Below, piece by piece: positions 1 to 10,025 of a DNA stretch of 64,000 nucleotides (the first letter of the stretch is position 1; each line of letters opens with the position of its first letter). A program made the translations under genes and the position numbers. Origin of the DNA: Phycisphaerae bacterium (GTDB taxonomy: Bacteria > Planctomycetota > Phycisphaerae > UBA1845 > Fen-1342); contig JASFQK010000004.1 in NCBI GenBank assembly GCA_050115495.1, forward strand, positions 96,001 through 160,000. The letters are read 5' to 3'. Below the pieces are notes generated by a model. That model worked only from the letters and a program-made list of their open reading frames with translations, did no database searches and was not told where the DNA came from.

Positions 1-2154
1 CTCGGGTGTATTCCACGCGTCTGTCGCATGGCAGGCCGCGCAGTACGCCGGACCGCCGGGCATGCTCGGCAGCCACCCGGTCGAGAAGTCCTGCAGGCGA
101 TTGCCATGGCCTACCATGTCGTACGCCCCGCCCTCCTGTACGACGTACAGGTCGCGGGCCGCGTGGATCTTGTGGATCATCACCTTGAAGTCGATGGTGT
201 CCGCCGCCGGATCCTGCGTTCCCGAACCGGGCGTCGGCAGGTCTTCGGCACCGGCGGTGTGGCACACGACGCAGTTCTCGACGCCGCGCCGCGTGTTGCC
301 GTGGAAGCGCAGATCACCGTGGCAGTCGTTGCACTTCGCGTCGGTCACGAAGCCAGGATACGCCGCCGCCGTCCCCGCCGAGCCGACGCGGATCGCGTAC
401 ACGCCCGGCATCGACGTGTCGCGGTACGTCGTCCCATCCAGCGTGAACTGGCGGTACGCGTAGACCATCACCGTGTAGCTGCCGGCGCCGAGCGCCCGCC
501 CGCTCAGCTCGCCCCAACCGTCCGCGTACGTGAAGTCCGCCGAGTCATTGAGCGGAGCCGGATACGTCGCCGGAATGGCGTCCGGGCTCGTATACGTGAA
601 CGGTCCCGTGCCCGTCGTCGGCACGCCCCCGGCGCCCTTCAGGCTCACCGTCGACGTGCTGCCGGCGGGGATGATCTTCTGGTAGTTCTCGACCGGGCCG
701 GCGATGACCATGTTCACCGTGTAGTCGCTGATGTCGACCGCGGTGCCGCTCTGATCCAGGATCTGGAACGTAACCACCGGCGTGTCGCCGACCGCGAAGA
801 AGCCCGACCCGCTGTTGCCCGTCACTGACTGGATGACCACCTGCGGGTCGACCGCCAGTGTCGGGTCGATGGCCGGCGGGACGTGCACGGCGGCAACGCC
901 CCACGTCTGGTTGGCCCCGTGGCAGTACGTGCAGGACCCGTCCGGCGCCGCATGGGTGATGCCGCCCGGTTCCGTCCGGTACGCTGCATCAGAGAGCTGA
1001 TCCTTCGTCAGCGTGCCGTTGGCGACAGCGGCGTTGTCCGGATCGAGGATCGTGCCCGCAGTGAAGTCGATGTCGTCGTGGCAGGTCTGGCACTGCTTCC
1101 GCACCAGGTTGCTTTCCGAGTAGATCTCGGCTTCCTGCGTCGCCCCGCCGTGGCAGGCCTGGCAGTTGCGCATCTGCTCGTTGAAGCCGGTGCCGCCCGG
1201 CATGAACGGGAACGCGATCTCGGAGTAGTCGTGGACAGACTCACCGTAGCCGATGACCTCGTAGTGGTACGGGTCCGCCCCGTTGGCCGTGGCTGCGACC
1301 TCGCGCAGCTCTGCCCCGCGGTGCAGCCGGTGGATCAGCTCGGAGAACTCGATCGACACGCCCGTCGTCGCCTTCGCCGCGTCGCTCGAAGTACGGTCTT
1401 CGGAGCCGGCGGTGTGGCACAGCACGCAGCCGGTGACTTTGTAGCGGTTCTCGCCGTGTGCCGAGAGCTCCGCGTGGCACGCGTTGCAGTTCTCTTGCAG
1501 GACGAGCTGCCGCGGCGAGACCGTGGCTGCGCCGATGGCGAAGTCGGCCGTGACGTCGCCGGCCTTGCGGACGCTGGCCCCATCGACCGTGAACGTCCGC
1601 CGGGCCTCGATGCCCACCGTGTACGTTCCATCCATGAGCGCGTCGCCCGTCATCTCACCGTCCGCCGTGCCGAACGCCGCCGAATCGTAGTACGGAGCGG
1701 CGTAGACGCTGGGCATGCCGTCGGCGAACGTATACGTGTAGGAGCCGTCGTCGTTGACGGTGACGCTGTCCGCGTCGCCCTCGGGCTCAATGACACGCTG
1801 GTAGTTGCTCGCCGGCCCGGACACGTAGATGGAGAAGCGGTCGAGATCGTCGAAGTCGATCGTCTCGCCGTCGTCGTCTTCGAGCGTGAACGTCACGCTG
1901 AACGCGCCGCCGGGCGTCACGGCAGCGCCGCCGTTCACGGCGGTGACGGCGACGATGGTTTCCGGCGGCGTGGCGCCTGCGTCGAGACCGGCCGGACCCG
2001 TCGGACCCTGTTCACCCGCCGGGCCTTCCGGCCCTTCCGGGCCTTCCGGGCCTTGCGTCGCCAGGTCCAGCGGACAGCCGCCCAGCCCACATAGCACCAC
2101 CACGGCGAGTCCCAGGATCCCGAGGCTGCGCCATCCCGTCATTACGCGCGCCAT
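1..2154 (-). CDS. OmcA/MtrC-family multiheme c-type cytochrome lipoprotein (probably decaheme; 3' end beyond left edge)
   Basis: Hand translation from ATG 2154 (RBS GAGGAG): MARVMTGWRSLGILGLAVVLCGLGGC lipobox, then a collagen-like GPEGPEGPEGPAGEQGPTGPAG. Heme motifs CNACH, CVLCH, (IHRLH), CQACH, CQTCH, CTYCH, then a second beta-domain and CNDCH, CVVCH, (MIHKIH), CAACH. Two-fold layout typical of MtrC/OmcA; 8 CxxCH visible. Missing from the ORF track because there is no stop in the window. Confidence 0.9.
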   Translation of the reverse strand, partial: MARVMTGWRSLGILGLAVVVLCGLGGCPLDLATQGPEGPEGPEGPAGEQGPTGPAGLDAGATPPETIVAVTAVNGGAAVTPGGAFSVTFTLEDDDGETIDFDDLDRFSIYVSGPASNYQRVIEPEGDADSVTVNDDGSYTYTFADGMPSVYAAPYYDSAAFGTADGEMTGDALMDGTYTVGIEARRTFTVDGASVRKAGDVTADFAIGAATVSPRQLVLQENCNACHAELSAHGENRYKVTGCVLCHTAGSEDRTSSDAAKATTGVSIEFSELIHRLHRGAELREVAATANGADPYHYEVIGYGESVHDYSEIAFPFMPGGTGFNEQMRNCQACHGGATQEAEIYSESNLVRKQCQTCHDDIDFTAGTILDPDNAAVANGTLTKDQLSDAAYRTEPGGITHAAPDGSCTYCHGANQTWGVAAVHVPPAIDPTLAVDPQVVIQSVTGNSGSGFFAVGDTPVVTFQILDQSGTAVDISDYTVNMVIAGPVENYQKIIPAGSTSTVSLKGAGGVPTTGTGPFTYTSPDAIPATYPAPLNDSADFTYADGWGELSGRALGAGSYTVMVYAYRQFTLDGTTYRDTSMPGVYAIRVGSAGTAAAYPGFVTDAKCNDCHGDLRFHGNTRRGVENCVVCHTAGAEDLPTPGSGTQDPAADTIDFKVMIHKIHAARDLYVVQEGGAYDMVGHGNRLQDFSTGWLPSMPGGPAYCAACHATDAWNTPE

Positions 2155-2232
2155 TGTTGATCTCCTCACCGGTTGTTGACTTGGCCCAGTGCGTGAATAC
2201 CAGAGATGCGTCACATCCTTCGGCTCGCGTTC

Positions 2233-2260
2233 ATATTACCGCTTCGCCGCGCGCACGCAA
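2233..2260 (-). promoter_or_regulatory. possible sigma70-type promoter of the mtrC-like gene
   Basis: On the minus strand TTGCGT-16 nt-TAATAT, about 80 nt upstream of the ATG. Confidence 0.3.
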
Positions 2261-2359
2261 GCAGAATGCTCTTCTGAACTGCATGTTTCGTCGCCCATCC
2301 CCCATTGAGGTGAGTGCTATCCCCCCAACTGGTGTCGGAAACTCTCGCGCCGCGCGTCG

Positions 2360-3007
2360 TCAGGCCAGATGTCGTCGCACCGCCTGGCTCACCGCCGCCG
2401 CCCGCGACGTGACGCCCAGTTTGCGATAGACCTTCTTGAGATGCGAGCGAATGGTGGACGTGGCCACCCCCAGCGTTTCCGCCATCTCCTCATTCCGCTG
2501 CCCCGTTCCCAGCAGCCGCAGCACCCGCAGCTCCTGCGCCGTCAGGGCCGTCTCCGGCGGCGGCACCTCCGACCGGGCCGTCAGGTCCAACAGTCGCTGG
2601 GCCACCTCGTTCGTCAGCTCCACCCGGATGTTGCATTCGCTGGTGACGTCGCAGAAGAGCAGGGCCCGGCCGATCTCCCGCCCGTCGTCGTCCACGTACC
2701 GCGTGGCGTTCACCTTAAGCGACAGCCGCTCGGGCCATTGCACTGTCACATCGCCCATGACATTACCGTCGGCCTGCCCGGCTTCCTGCCAGAATGATGC
2801 CAGCCGCAGGTCTTTGAGCAGGGCCGGCAGCGGCTGGCCGCGACACGTCTCGCCCGGAGCTCCCAGCACCCGCTCTGCCGTCCGGTTCAGCCACACGACC
2901 TTCCCCGCCCCGTTCGTGAGAATCAGTCCCACACACAGGCCGGACAGCGCCTGCGTGACCAGGCAGTTCTCCAGGCACTCGCTCTGCAAGTCCTCCACTT
3001 GCCGCAT
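2360..3007 (-). CDS. PAS-domain LuxR-family transcriptional regulator
   Basis: N-terminal PAS-like GLILTNGAGKVVWLNRTAERVLG; C-terminal LuxR HTH LTAQELRVLRLLGTGQRNEEMAETLGVATSTIRSHLKKVYRKLGV. Confidence 0.9.
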   Translation of the reverse strand: MRQVEDLQSECLENCLVTQALSGLCVGLILTNGAGKVVWLNRTAERVLGAPGETCRGQPLPALLKDLRLASFWQEAGQADGNVMGDVTVQWPERLSLKVNATRYVDDDGREIGRALLFCDVTSECNIRVELTNEVAQRLLDLTARSEVPPPETALTAQELRVLRLLGTGQRNEEMAETLGVATSTIRSHLKKVYRKLGVTSRAAAVSQAVRRHLA

Positions 3008-3340
3008 CAGCAGACTCCGCGGGCCATGTTGTCTATCCCGGGCCGCGGGCCCATCGCCCGGCCTGCCCCGGTCCAGAGGAATCGCCCCCCAACGTCACCG
3101 TCGCGGCCCAGACGCCGCCTCGCTCGATGTGTGGATACTCCCGACATGCACCACTCTCTCCCGTAGCATAGCGCTCGGCGGCCCCATGAGCAATACATTC
3201 CGGGCCCCTGGTGTCCGCCCCGGCTGGGCTCATCCGCCGGCGGCAAAGAATGCTCCTGTGCGGGCGACCGGGTTTGAATTGCTCGGCCTCGCCTGTAGAA
3301 TGCCGTTCCCAACTCCGGCGAGCCAAGGGCCGTGTGGCAC

Positions 3341-5260
3341 ATGAGCAGTCTTCCGCCCGCAGTGTCGAGATCCGACCGCCGCGCTGTAGACGTCCGGCCG
3401 TCCCGTTGCGACCGCCTGCGCTGCGGCGCCGCCGTGCTGCTGCTCGCGGGTCTGCTGGCCGGCGTGGCCCGTGGCGACGATCCCGACAACTGCCTCCTGT
3501 GCCATCAGTACCGCGGCCTTGGTCGCTACGATGCCGCCACCGGCGTCTATCATCTCTACGCCGTCAATCCCGCCATCGACCGGCAGCACCTCGGCCCGCA
3601 TTCCCGCGTGGCCTGCACGGCCTGCCATCGGCGTGAAGAAGTCGGTGTCGTGCCGCACCAGCCGGTCACGCCCGTCAACTGCACGCAGCGCTGCCACCTG
3701 CCCAGCACGACGGACATGGTCCGCGAGTTCAGCCACGCCAACGTGGCCGACATGCTCACCCGCAGCGTGCACTCGCCGGAGCTGTTGGCCGGGCTCAGCT
3801 TCACGGGCGGCCCGCTGCTCGGCGCGGGCCAGTCCTTCTGCCTCTATTGCCACGATGAACCGGTCTTCCGCGGCGCCGGCGATCCCGGTCGGACTGTCTG
3901 CCGCGTCGGCGAGCATGCTTTCGACCGCTGCGACGTCTGCCACGGCTCGCAGATCCCCACCGATGCGCCGTACTACTTGCGCCACGTCGCCTCGCGGTTG
4001 CAGCGAGCCCGGCCGCCGCTCGAAGCCGCCCAGATCTGCGCGGTTTGCCACAGCGACCCGCACGTCATCGCCGGCCGTCTGCCCGACACCGTCGCCAGCT
4101 TCGTCCGCAGCTTCCACGGCAAGGCCGCTCTGCTCGGCGAGACGACCACGGCCGATTGTGTCTCCTGCCACGTGCCCGCCGGCGCCAATGCCCACCTGAT
4201 GCTCAGCCGCACGGACCCGCGGTCGGCGACGCATCCGAACCACGTGGCCGATTCCTGCCGCAGCCTCGACTGCCACCCCGGCGCCGACGTCCGCCTGGCC
4301 GCCGCCGCTGTGCACCTGAATCTCTCCGAGGCACGCGGGACGATCGAGTTCGCCGTCGCCGCCGCGTTTATCCTGCTGACCATCTTCACCTTCGGCCCCT
4401 CGCTGGCGATCGCCCTGCTCGAATTGGGCCAGATCGTCATTGGCCGTCACTATCCGGCGGGGCACCAGACGCTCGTCCTGACCCAGGCCGTCCTGCGTCA
4501 TCCCGACGGCCCGCGCCGCCTCCAGCGCTTCACCGTGAACCAGCGCGTCCAGCACTGGATTCTCGCCGTGCTGTTCACGCTGCTCGCCCTCACCGGCTTC
4601 CCCATGAAGTTTGCCGACCAAGCCTGGGCCAAGTCGGTCATCGATACGTTCGGCGGGCTCAGCATGGCCCGCACGATCCACCATTGGGCCGGCCTAGCGC
4701 TCGTCACCGGTCTGCTGGCTCACCTGCTGTATGTGGCCGGCACGCTGCTCCAGCGCTGGCGTACGCGGATGCCCGACGGCAGTCGCCGCGGCCTGATCGG
4801 CACGCTCTTCGACCTGCCCATGTGGGTCTCGCCGCGCGACGGCGTGAAGATGCTGCTGCTGCTCGGCTATCTCGCCGGCCTGCGGCGTGCTCCGCCGACC
4901 TTCGGCCGCTTCAGCGTCAAGGAGAAGTTCGAGTACATCGGCGTGTTCTGGGGCACGATCCTGCTGGGCATCACCGGCATCATGCTTTGGGGCGAGCAGT
5001 TCACCTCCCGCTTCGTCAGCGGCCGCGTGCTCAACATCGCCCTGATCGCCCACACGTACGAGGCGTTCCTGGCGATCATCCACGTCGGCATTCTGCACAT
5101 CTGCAACGTGATCTTCGCCCCCAACGCGTTCCCGCTCTCGCTGGCCACGATTACCGGAGCCACGCCCGTCGCCGAACTGGCCGAGAACCACAGCGAATTC
5201 GTGACCGAGGCCGCCAGTGACCTCGGCGTGGAGATTGAAAGTGATGGCCGGCACCACTAG
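3341..5260 (+). CDS. multiheme cytochrome c fused to FdnI/HydC-type cytochrome b (CbcL-like quinone oxidoreductase)
   Basis: Signal peptide, 6 CxxCH plus CTQRCH and CRSLDCH, a TM helix, then RFTVNQRVQHW..LTGFP, TIHHW, RFSVKEKFEY..VFWG and AHTYEAFLA..ILH, typical of a diheme cytochrome b. Confidence 0.85.
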   Translation: MSSLPPAVSRSDRRAVDVRPSRCDRLRCGAAVLLLAGLLAGVARGDDPDNCLLCHQYRGLGRYDAATGVYHLYAVNPAIDRQHLGPHSRVACTACHRREEVGVVPHQPVTPVNCTQRCHLPSTTDMVREFSHANVADMLTRSVHSPELLAGLSFTGGPLLGAGQSFCLYCHDEPVFRGAGDPGRTVCRVGEHAFDRCDVCHGSQIPTDAPYYLRHVASRLQRARPPLEAAQICAVCHSDPHVIAGRLPDTVASFVRSFHGKAALLGETTTADCVSCHVPAGANAHLMLSRTDPRSATHPNHVADSCRSLDCHPGADVRLAAAAVHLNLSEARGTIEFAVAAAFILLTIFTFGPSLAIALLELGQIVIGRHYPAGHQTLVLTQAVLRHPDGPRRLQRFTVNQRVQHWILAVLFTLLALTGFPMKFADQAWAKSVIDTFGGLSMARTIHHWAGLALVTGLLAHLLYVAGTLLQRWRTRMPDGSRRGLIGTLFDLPMWVSPRDGVKMLLLLGYLAGLRRAPPTFGRFSVKEKFEYIGVFWGTILLGITGIMLWGEQFTSRFVSGRVLNIALIAHTYEAFLAIIHVGILHICNVIFAPNAFPLSLATITGATPVAELAENHSEFVTEAASDLGVEIESDGRHH

Positions 5261-6404
5261 CCCCGGCGGCAAAGGCCCCGCGAAGCGTCGCGGTCTCACC
5301 CGCGCCGCCCTGCGCGGCTTCGGCCGCTTCGCCGGCCAACTCATCCAGCGCGCCTACGCCCTGGCCATCATCGCCGTCGTCGGTTGGCTCAGTTGGCGCG
5401 CCTTGTATTACCTCATCGCCTCGCTGATTCTTCCCGGCGGCATTCCCGTTCAGATCGGCGAATTGCCCCTGCGCCTCGACGAGCAGACGCTCCGCACCGA
5501 ACCCACCAAGTGGGCCGGCATCACCGCCACGCAGAACCCGCGTGCCCCGCTGGCGCACTATCACCGCCTGGACGGCTGGTTCCAGATCGACCGCGCCAAC
5601 GACTGCACCCGCGCCGGCTGCCACGAGCCGCTCCCGCATCAGCGCAGTGCGGCGCTACGCTCGTTCCTGAACATGCACGCCACCACGCTGAACTGCACCG
5701 TCTGCCACCTCGAGCCGGCGGCGCGACCCGTACCGCTCGTCTGGTATACGCTCGACGATGGCCGCGTGACCGGCCCGCCCGCACTGCTGCGTGCTTACGA
5801 CTGGGTCACCGGTCCCGCCGGCGAGGCCGCCCTCGAACATCCGACCGCCGCCGACCAGGATGAGATCGTTGCGCTCCTGCGACAGGCCGCCGACGAGGCC
5901 GACGGTGAGCCCGCGCTCCTCCGCCTCGTCGAGCGCACCCGCGCCGTCCGTCCCGACGGCGACGCCTTCCGCACCGCCCTTACTAATCTTCGCCGTGATT
6001 TGCCCGCCCACTTCCGCGGCGACTACGGCGCGAAGCTCGCCCCTCGTGGCGACGACAGCGGTCAACCGTTGCTGCACCTGCCCGCCACAACCGGCGCCGC
6101 CGAGGAGTTCCTCGCCGCCGGCGAATCGCTGAGCGCGGACCAGCGCCAGGCGCTCGTGACCCGCATGCACGAACCGCTCCGGCCGGCCGGCCCGCTCTGC
6201 ACGGCGTGCCACACGCCGGACGGACCGCTCCTCGACCTCGCCGGCGCCGGCTATCCGCCGCAGCGTCTGGCCACGCTGTACGGCTTGTCCATCGCCCGGG
6301 CGATCGAGGACGTCGCTACCGGCCAGCCGCTGCACATGCCCACGTTCGTTGTGCCGCCCGCGTTGCCGGCCAGTGCCCCGGCATCCTCACAGGTCGAGCC
6401 GTGA
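5244..6404 (+). CDS. membrane-anchored triheme c-type cytochrome
   Basis: N-terminal TM helix; CTRAGCH, CTVCH, CTACH; overlaps the upstream stop. Confidence 0.75.
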   Translation: MAGTTSPGGKGPAKRRGLTRAALRGFGRFAGQLIQRAYALAIIAVVGWLSWRALYYLIASLILPGGIPVQIGELPLRLDEQTLRTEPTKWAGITATQNPRAPLAHYHRLDGWFQIDRANDCTRAGCHEPLPHQRSAALRSFLNMHATTLNCTVCHLEPAARPVPLVWYTLDDGRVTGPPALLRAYDWVTGPAGEAALEHPTAADQDEIVALLRQAADEADGEPALLRLVERTRAVRPDGDAFRTALTNLRRDLPAHFRGDYGAKLAPRGDDSGQPLLHLPATTGAAEEFLAAGESLSADQRQALVTRMHEPLRPAGPLCTACHTPDGPLLDLAGAGYPPQRLATLYGLSIARAIEDVATGQPLHMPTFVVPPALPASAPASSQVEP

Positions 6405-9400
6405 GTCGTGCATCGCGTCATCGTCGATATGCGATCGCGTGCCTGCTGTTGGCCGCATCGTCTGTCGCCGCGCTCGCCCAGACGGCTCCGCCGTTCATCG
6501 CCGAGCCGGCGCTGATCATCACGCTCGAAGGCACCACGCCGATGCGGCTGCCGACCGCGGTGGCCGTCGGTCCCGACGGCACGATCTTCGTGTGCGACGG
6601 CGTCGCCGACCGCGTCCTTTGCTTCTCGCCCGCGGGCGACTTGCTGAGCGAAATCCGCGACGTCGGCGGTAAGGCTCTCTCCCGCCCCACAGGCGTGAAG
6701 GTCGACGCCGCCGGTTTGCTCTGGATTGCCGACACCGGCCACGGCCGCGCCGTTGCTCGCGGGCCCGACGGCCGCCTCGTCCACGAGTTGTCTTGGCCGT
6801 CCGATGCCGCCGCGCCGGCCGACGTCACCGACGTCGCGATCAGCCCCGACGGCACGGTCGCCTGGCTCGTCGACAACGATGCTCACCGCATCGCTCGCTT
6901 TGACATTGCCGCCGGAACCGCGCGTCTCATCGGCGAGCCGGGCCAGTCGCTCGGCCAGTTCTACTATCCGTTCATGCTGGCGACCGGTCCTGCCGGCGAT
7001 CTCTTTGTCAGCGAATCACTCAACGGTCGTGTGCAGATCCTCGCCGCCGGCGGTCGCATCCGCGGCCGCCTCGGCGCATTCGGCGCCGACCCCGGCCAAC
7101 TCTTCCGCCCCAAGGGCCTCGCCGTCGACGCCAACGGTAACATCTGGGTCGCCGACGGCATCTTCGGCGTGATCCAGATCTTCCAACCGACGGGCGTTCT
7201 GCTCGACATACTGCGCGACACGGCGGGCAACCCACTGAAACTCGAGACCCCGTGCGGCATCACCCTCGACGGCGCCGGCCATCTGTACGTCGCCGAGCCC
7301 TGGGCGAATCGCGTCCGCCAGTTCAACCTCACGGTCGATCCGCGGCCGATCCCACCCTGGCCCAGTCGCCCGTCGACGAGCCCACTCACCGCGCAGCCGC
7401 GGGCCTGTGCCGTCTGCCACCTGGAATGGGTCGAGCCGCTGGCCCACGGCGTGGCGACGCCGCTAGCGTCGGTTCCGCCGGACACGGCTGCCGAGCCCAT
7501 CGCCAGCGACCCGCGGATGTGCCTGTCGTGCCATGACGGTTCGGTGCGTGATTCGCGACGCCGCGTGTGGGCAATGGCCGGCCATCACGTCGGCGTACCG
7601 CCGCCCGCGGACGTGCCCGTCCCGCGCGACCTACCCCTCGCGCATGGCCTGCTCGCTTGTCGCACTTGCCATACGGCCCACGCCTTGAGCGAGCCCACCG
7701 CCGCCGGCGAGTCCATCATCTTCCTCCGCGTTCGCGAAACTGCCGGCGAACTCTGCACCGGCTGTCACGCGCAACAAATGGCCGGCCCCGCCGCCGGCAT
7801 GCACAAACTCGGTGACATGCCCGGCGATATACCCGCGAGCCTCCTCGCTGCTGGTGGCCGACCCGGCCGCTCGCCTACTGAGCTCGCCTGCCTCACCTGT
7901 CACGCGACTCACGGCGTTACCGGCGAAACGGCCCTCGTCGTTCCGAGCCACTCGCCGGCCATGTGCGCCGATTGCCACGAACTACAACAGCCGCAGCTCT
8001 TCGGGTCCGGTAACACCGCCGGCCATCCGCCGCACCCAACTCTCGCCGCTCACCAGATCGAAGTCATGCAACAAGTCGGTGGCGTACTCGGACCGCAGAA
8101 CACGCTCGACTGCGCCACGTGCCACCAGCCGCACGCTGGCGACGGCGCGACGCATCTCCTCGCCGCACACTTGAAAGTCGACACCATCTGTCGCGAGTGT
8201 CACGAGCCACAGCGCGCGGTGGAAGGCTCGCTGCACGATATACCGCCCGATAACTCCGCAACGCACAACGCTTGCCGTACTTGCCACAACTACCATACAG
8301 ATGCGCGCACGCCGCAGCCGACCGAGCTCGATCCCGCCGGCCATTGCCTGAGCTGCCACCAGCCCGGCCAGCCCGGCGCGGCCCGCGTCCTGGGCTCGCC
8401 GAACCACCCCGAGGTCGCCTGTGCCGGCTGCCACGATCCGCACGAATCGCAGCACGGCCACTTCCTCTCCGCCCCGGCCGGCCAGCTCTGTAGCAGTTGT
8501 CATGAGGAAGAGGCCCGCGTCGCCGGCGGCACGCACGATTGCCTGACCGATTCGAGCCAGTGGCCGTCAGAAGCCGCCAATACGCACGATACCTGCCTCG
8601 CCTGCCACCGCGCCCACGGCAACGAGCAGACCGGCCTCTACCGCCTCGCCGCCGCCGACTCCACCGGCTCAAGTGGCGTATGCCTCTCCTGCCACCCGTC
8701 GGCTGTGCCCGGCGGTCGCGAGGCGCTGGCCCTGGCGCACCCGCTCCCGGCTGCTAGCGTCGCTGCCGAGATGAGTCTTCCGCTCGATGGCGTCGGTCCC
8801 GACCGCCAGATCGCCTGCCGCACCTGCCACGATCCCCACGCCGGCCCCGGCTCCACGACGATGCTCCGCACGCAAGTGCCCGGCGGCGCCGGCGAGCAGG
8901 TCTGTTTCGCGTGCCACGAGGAAACCGCCAATATCCACAGCATTGGCCACGCAGCAGGTTCCCTCCGCGACGCCGGCTTCGCGTCGGAATCGTGCCAGCC
9001 GTGCCACGTGACGCACGCTGCCGCCGACGCGATCGATCCGCAGCTCCTGTGGCCCAAGGCCCTCGCCGAATACGCCGGCATGCCCGACGTCGCCGTCGCC
9101 GACCAGCCGTGCGTTGCTTGCCATCGTGTTGGCGGCCCGGTGACCCCGCCGACCATCGCCACGCATCCCGAGGCCGAGATGCTTAATCTCGAGTCGCCGA
9201 CCTCGCCGGGGTATCTGCCGCTATTCAACGAGCGCGGCGAGGTCGATCCGCAGGGCCACATCGCCTGCCGCACGTGCCACCTGACGCACGGCCGCAGCAT
9301 GCCGGCGGTACTGCCCGCGGAGGTCCGCAACGTCGCCGGCCGCGAACTCCGGGCCCGCTCCTGGCACGTCCGCTCGTTCGGGCCCGGCAACGTCTGCACG

Positions 9401-9505
9401 ACCTGCCACGGGCCCGATGCCCTCCGACGCTTCATGTACTTCCACAATCCCGCGCGTCGCGGCGGGCCGATCGAAGGCGGCGCCCCGCCCGTGCTCGCGC
9501 CCTGA
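6401..9505 (+). CDS. NHL-repeat beta-propeller fused to a 20-heme cytochrome c
   Basis: GTG start in a GTGA overlap; signal peptide ending AALA; NHL repeats (PTAVAVGPDGTIFVCD, PKGLAVDANGNIWVAD); 20 CxxCH counted, many as doubled CxxCHxxH..CxxCH. Confidence 0.88.
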   Translation: MSRASRHRRYAIACLLLAASSVAALAQTAPPFIAEPALIITLEGTTPMRLPTAVAVGPDGTIFVCDGVADRVLCFSPAGDLLSEIRDVGGKALSRPTGVKVDAAGLLWIADTGHGRAVARGPDGRLVHELSWPSDAAAPADVTDVAISPDGTVAWLVDNDAHRIARFDIAAGTARLIGEPGQSLGQFYYPFMLATGPAGDLFVSESLNGRVQILAAGGRIRGRLGAFGADPGQLFRPKGLAVDANGNIWVADGIFGVIQIFQPTGVLLDILRDTAGNPLKLETPCGITLDGAGHLYVAEPWANRVRQFNLTVDPRPIPPWPSRPSTSPLTAQPRACAVCHLEWVEPLAHGVATPLASVPPDTAAEPIASDPRMCLSCHDGSVRDSRRRVWAMAGHHVGVPPPADVPVPRDLPLAHGLLACRTCHTAHALSEPTAAGESIIFLRVRETAGELCTGCHAQQMAGPAAGMHKLGDMPGDIPASLLAAGGRPGRSPTELACLTCHATHGVTGETALVVPSHSPAMCADCHELQQPQLFGSGNTAGHPPHPTLAAHQIEVMQQVGGVLGPQNTLDCATCHQPHAGDGATHLLAAHLKVDTICRECHEPQRAVEGSLHDIPPDNSATHNACRTCHNYHTDARTPQPTELDPAGHCLSCHQPGQPGAARVLGSPNHPEVACAGCHDPHESQHGHFLSAPAGQLCSSCHEEEARVAGGTHDCLTDSSQWPSEAANTHDTCLACHRAHGNEQTGLYRLAAADSTGSSGVCLSCHPSAVPGGREALALAHPLPAASVAAEMSLPLDGVGPDRQIACRTCHDPHAGPGSTTMLRTQVPGGAGEQVCFACHEETANIHSIGHAAGSLRDAGFASESCQPCHVTHAAADAIDPQLLWPKALAEYAGMPDVAVADQPCVACHRVGGPVTPPTIATHPEAEMLNLESPTSPGYLPLFNERGEVDPQGHIACRTCHLTHGRSMPAVLPAEVRNVAGRELRARSWHVRSFGPGNVCTTCHGPDALRRFMYFHNPARRGGPIEGGAPPVLAP

Positions 9506-10025
9506 CGTCGCCGACACGTAGCGCAAAGATTGGCGCCCTGGGCTCTCGAGAATTATCGGGGGAGGGCGACGATGTGCGGGGCATCGGCCGATAGTTCTCT
9601 TTGTGACGGGCGCGTTGGTCTGTATACTGAGATCAAGGTCTCGGGTGGCGGCACACGGACGCCGCGCCTCAATCACCCGGCATATCTGCGCCACCCATGG
9701 ACCGCAAGGACGGCGAGCCACGACAGGAGCCTCGAACGATGATCGCTCGGGCTGTGCGCCGCACGAACGTCCCTGTCGGGCCTGCGCCGGCCGCGAGGTC
9801 ACCTGACGCGGTCCCTCCGGGGCAGGGGGGACTACACGTCAGCGAATCGATGTCGAGCGAGGCCGAGTGCGCGGCGGCGCACGACGTTCCTCGAGTGCTG
9901 GAATGGGTGTGAGGTGTGAGGGAAAAGCGCGAACCCATCCGAATGTCGCGGCGCCCGTGCGGCCAGGTCGTAACGGCTTGAGCGCGGGCAGCGCGGTGTT
10001 CTCAGGAGCAGACACAGTGTTGCCG

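Noticed and set aside
28..2094. Plus-strand ORFs 28-828 and 883-2094
   Set aside because: Antisense shadows of the MtrC-like gene; Arg/Val-rich with no motifs.
6206..6400. Longer N-termini given by the ORF track (also 9867, 21562, 41349, 55818)
   Set aside because: Downstream starts have an RBS or stop-start coupling and give proper signal peptides.
9506..10025. Riboswitch (e.g. c-di-GMP) in the 500-nt leader of the hydrogenase operon
   Set aside because: GC-rich stems are present but I could not match a consensus by eye; it needs an Rfam scan.
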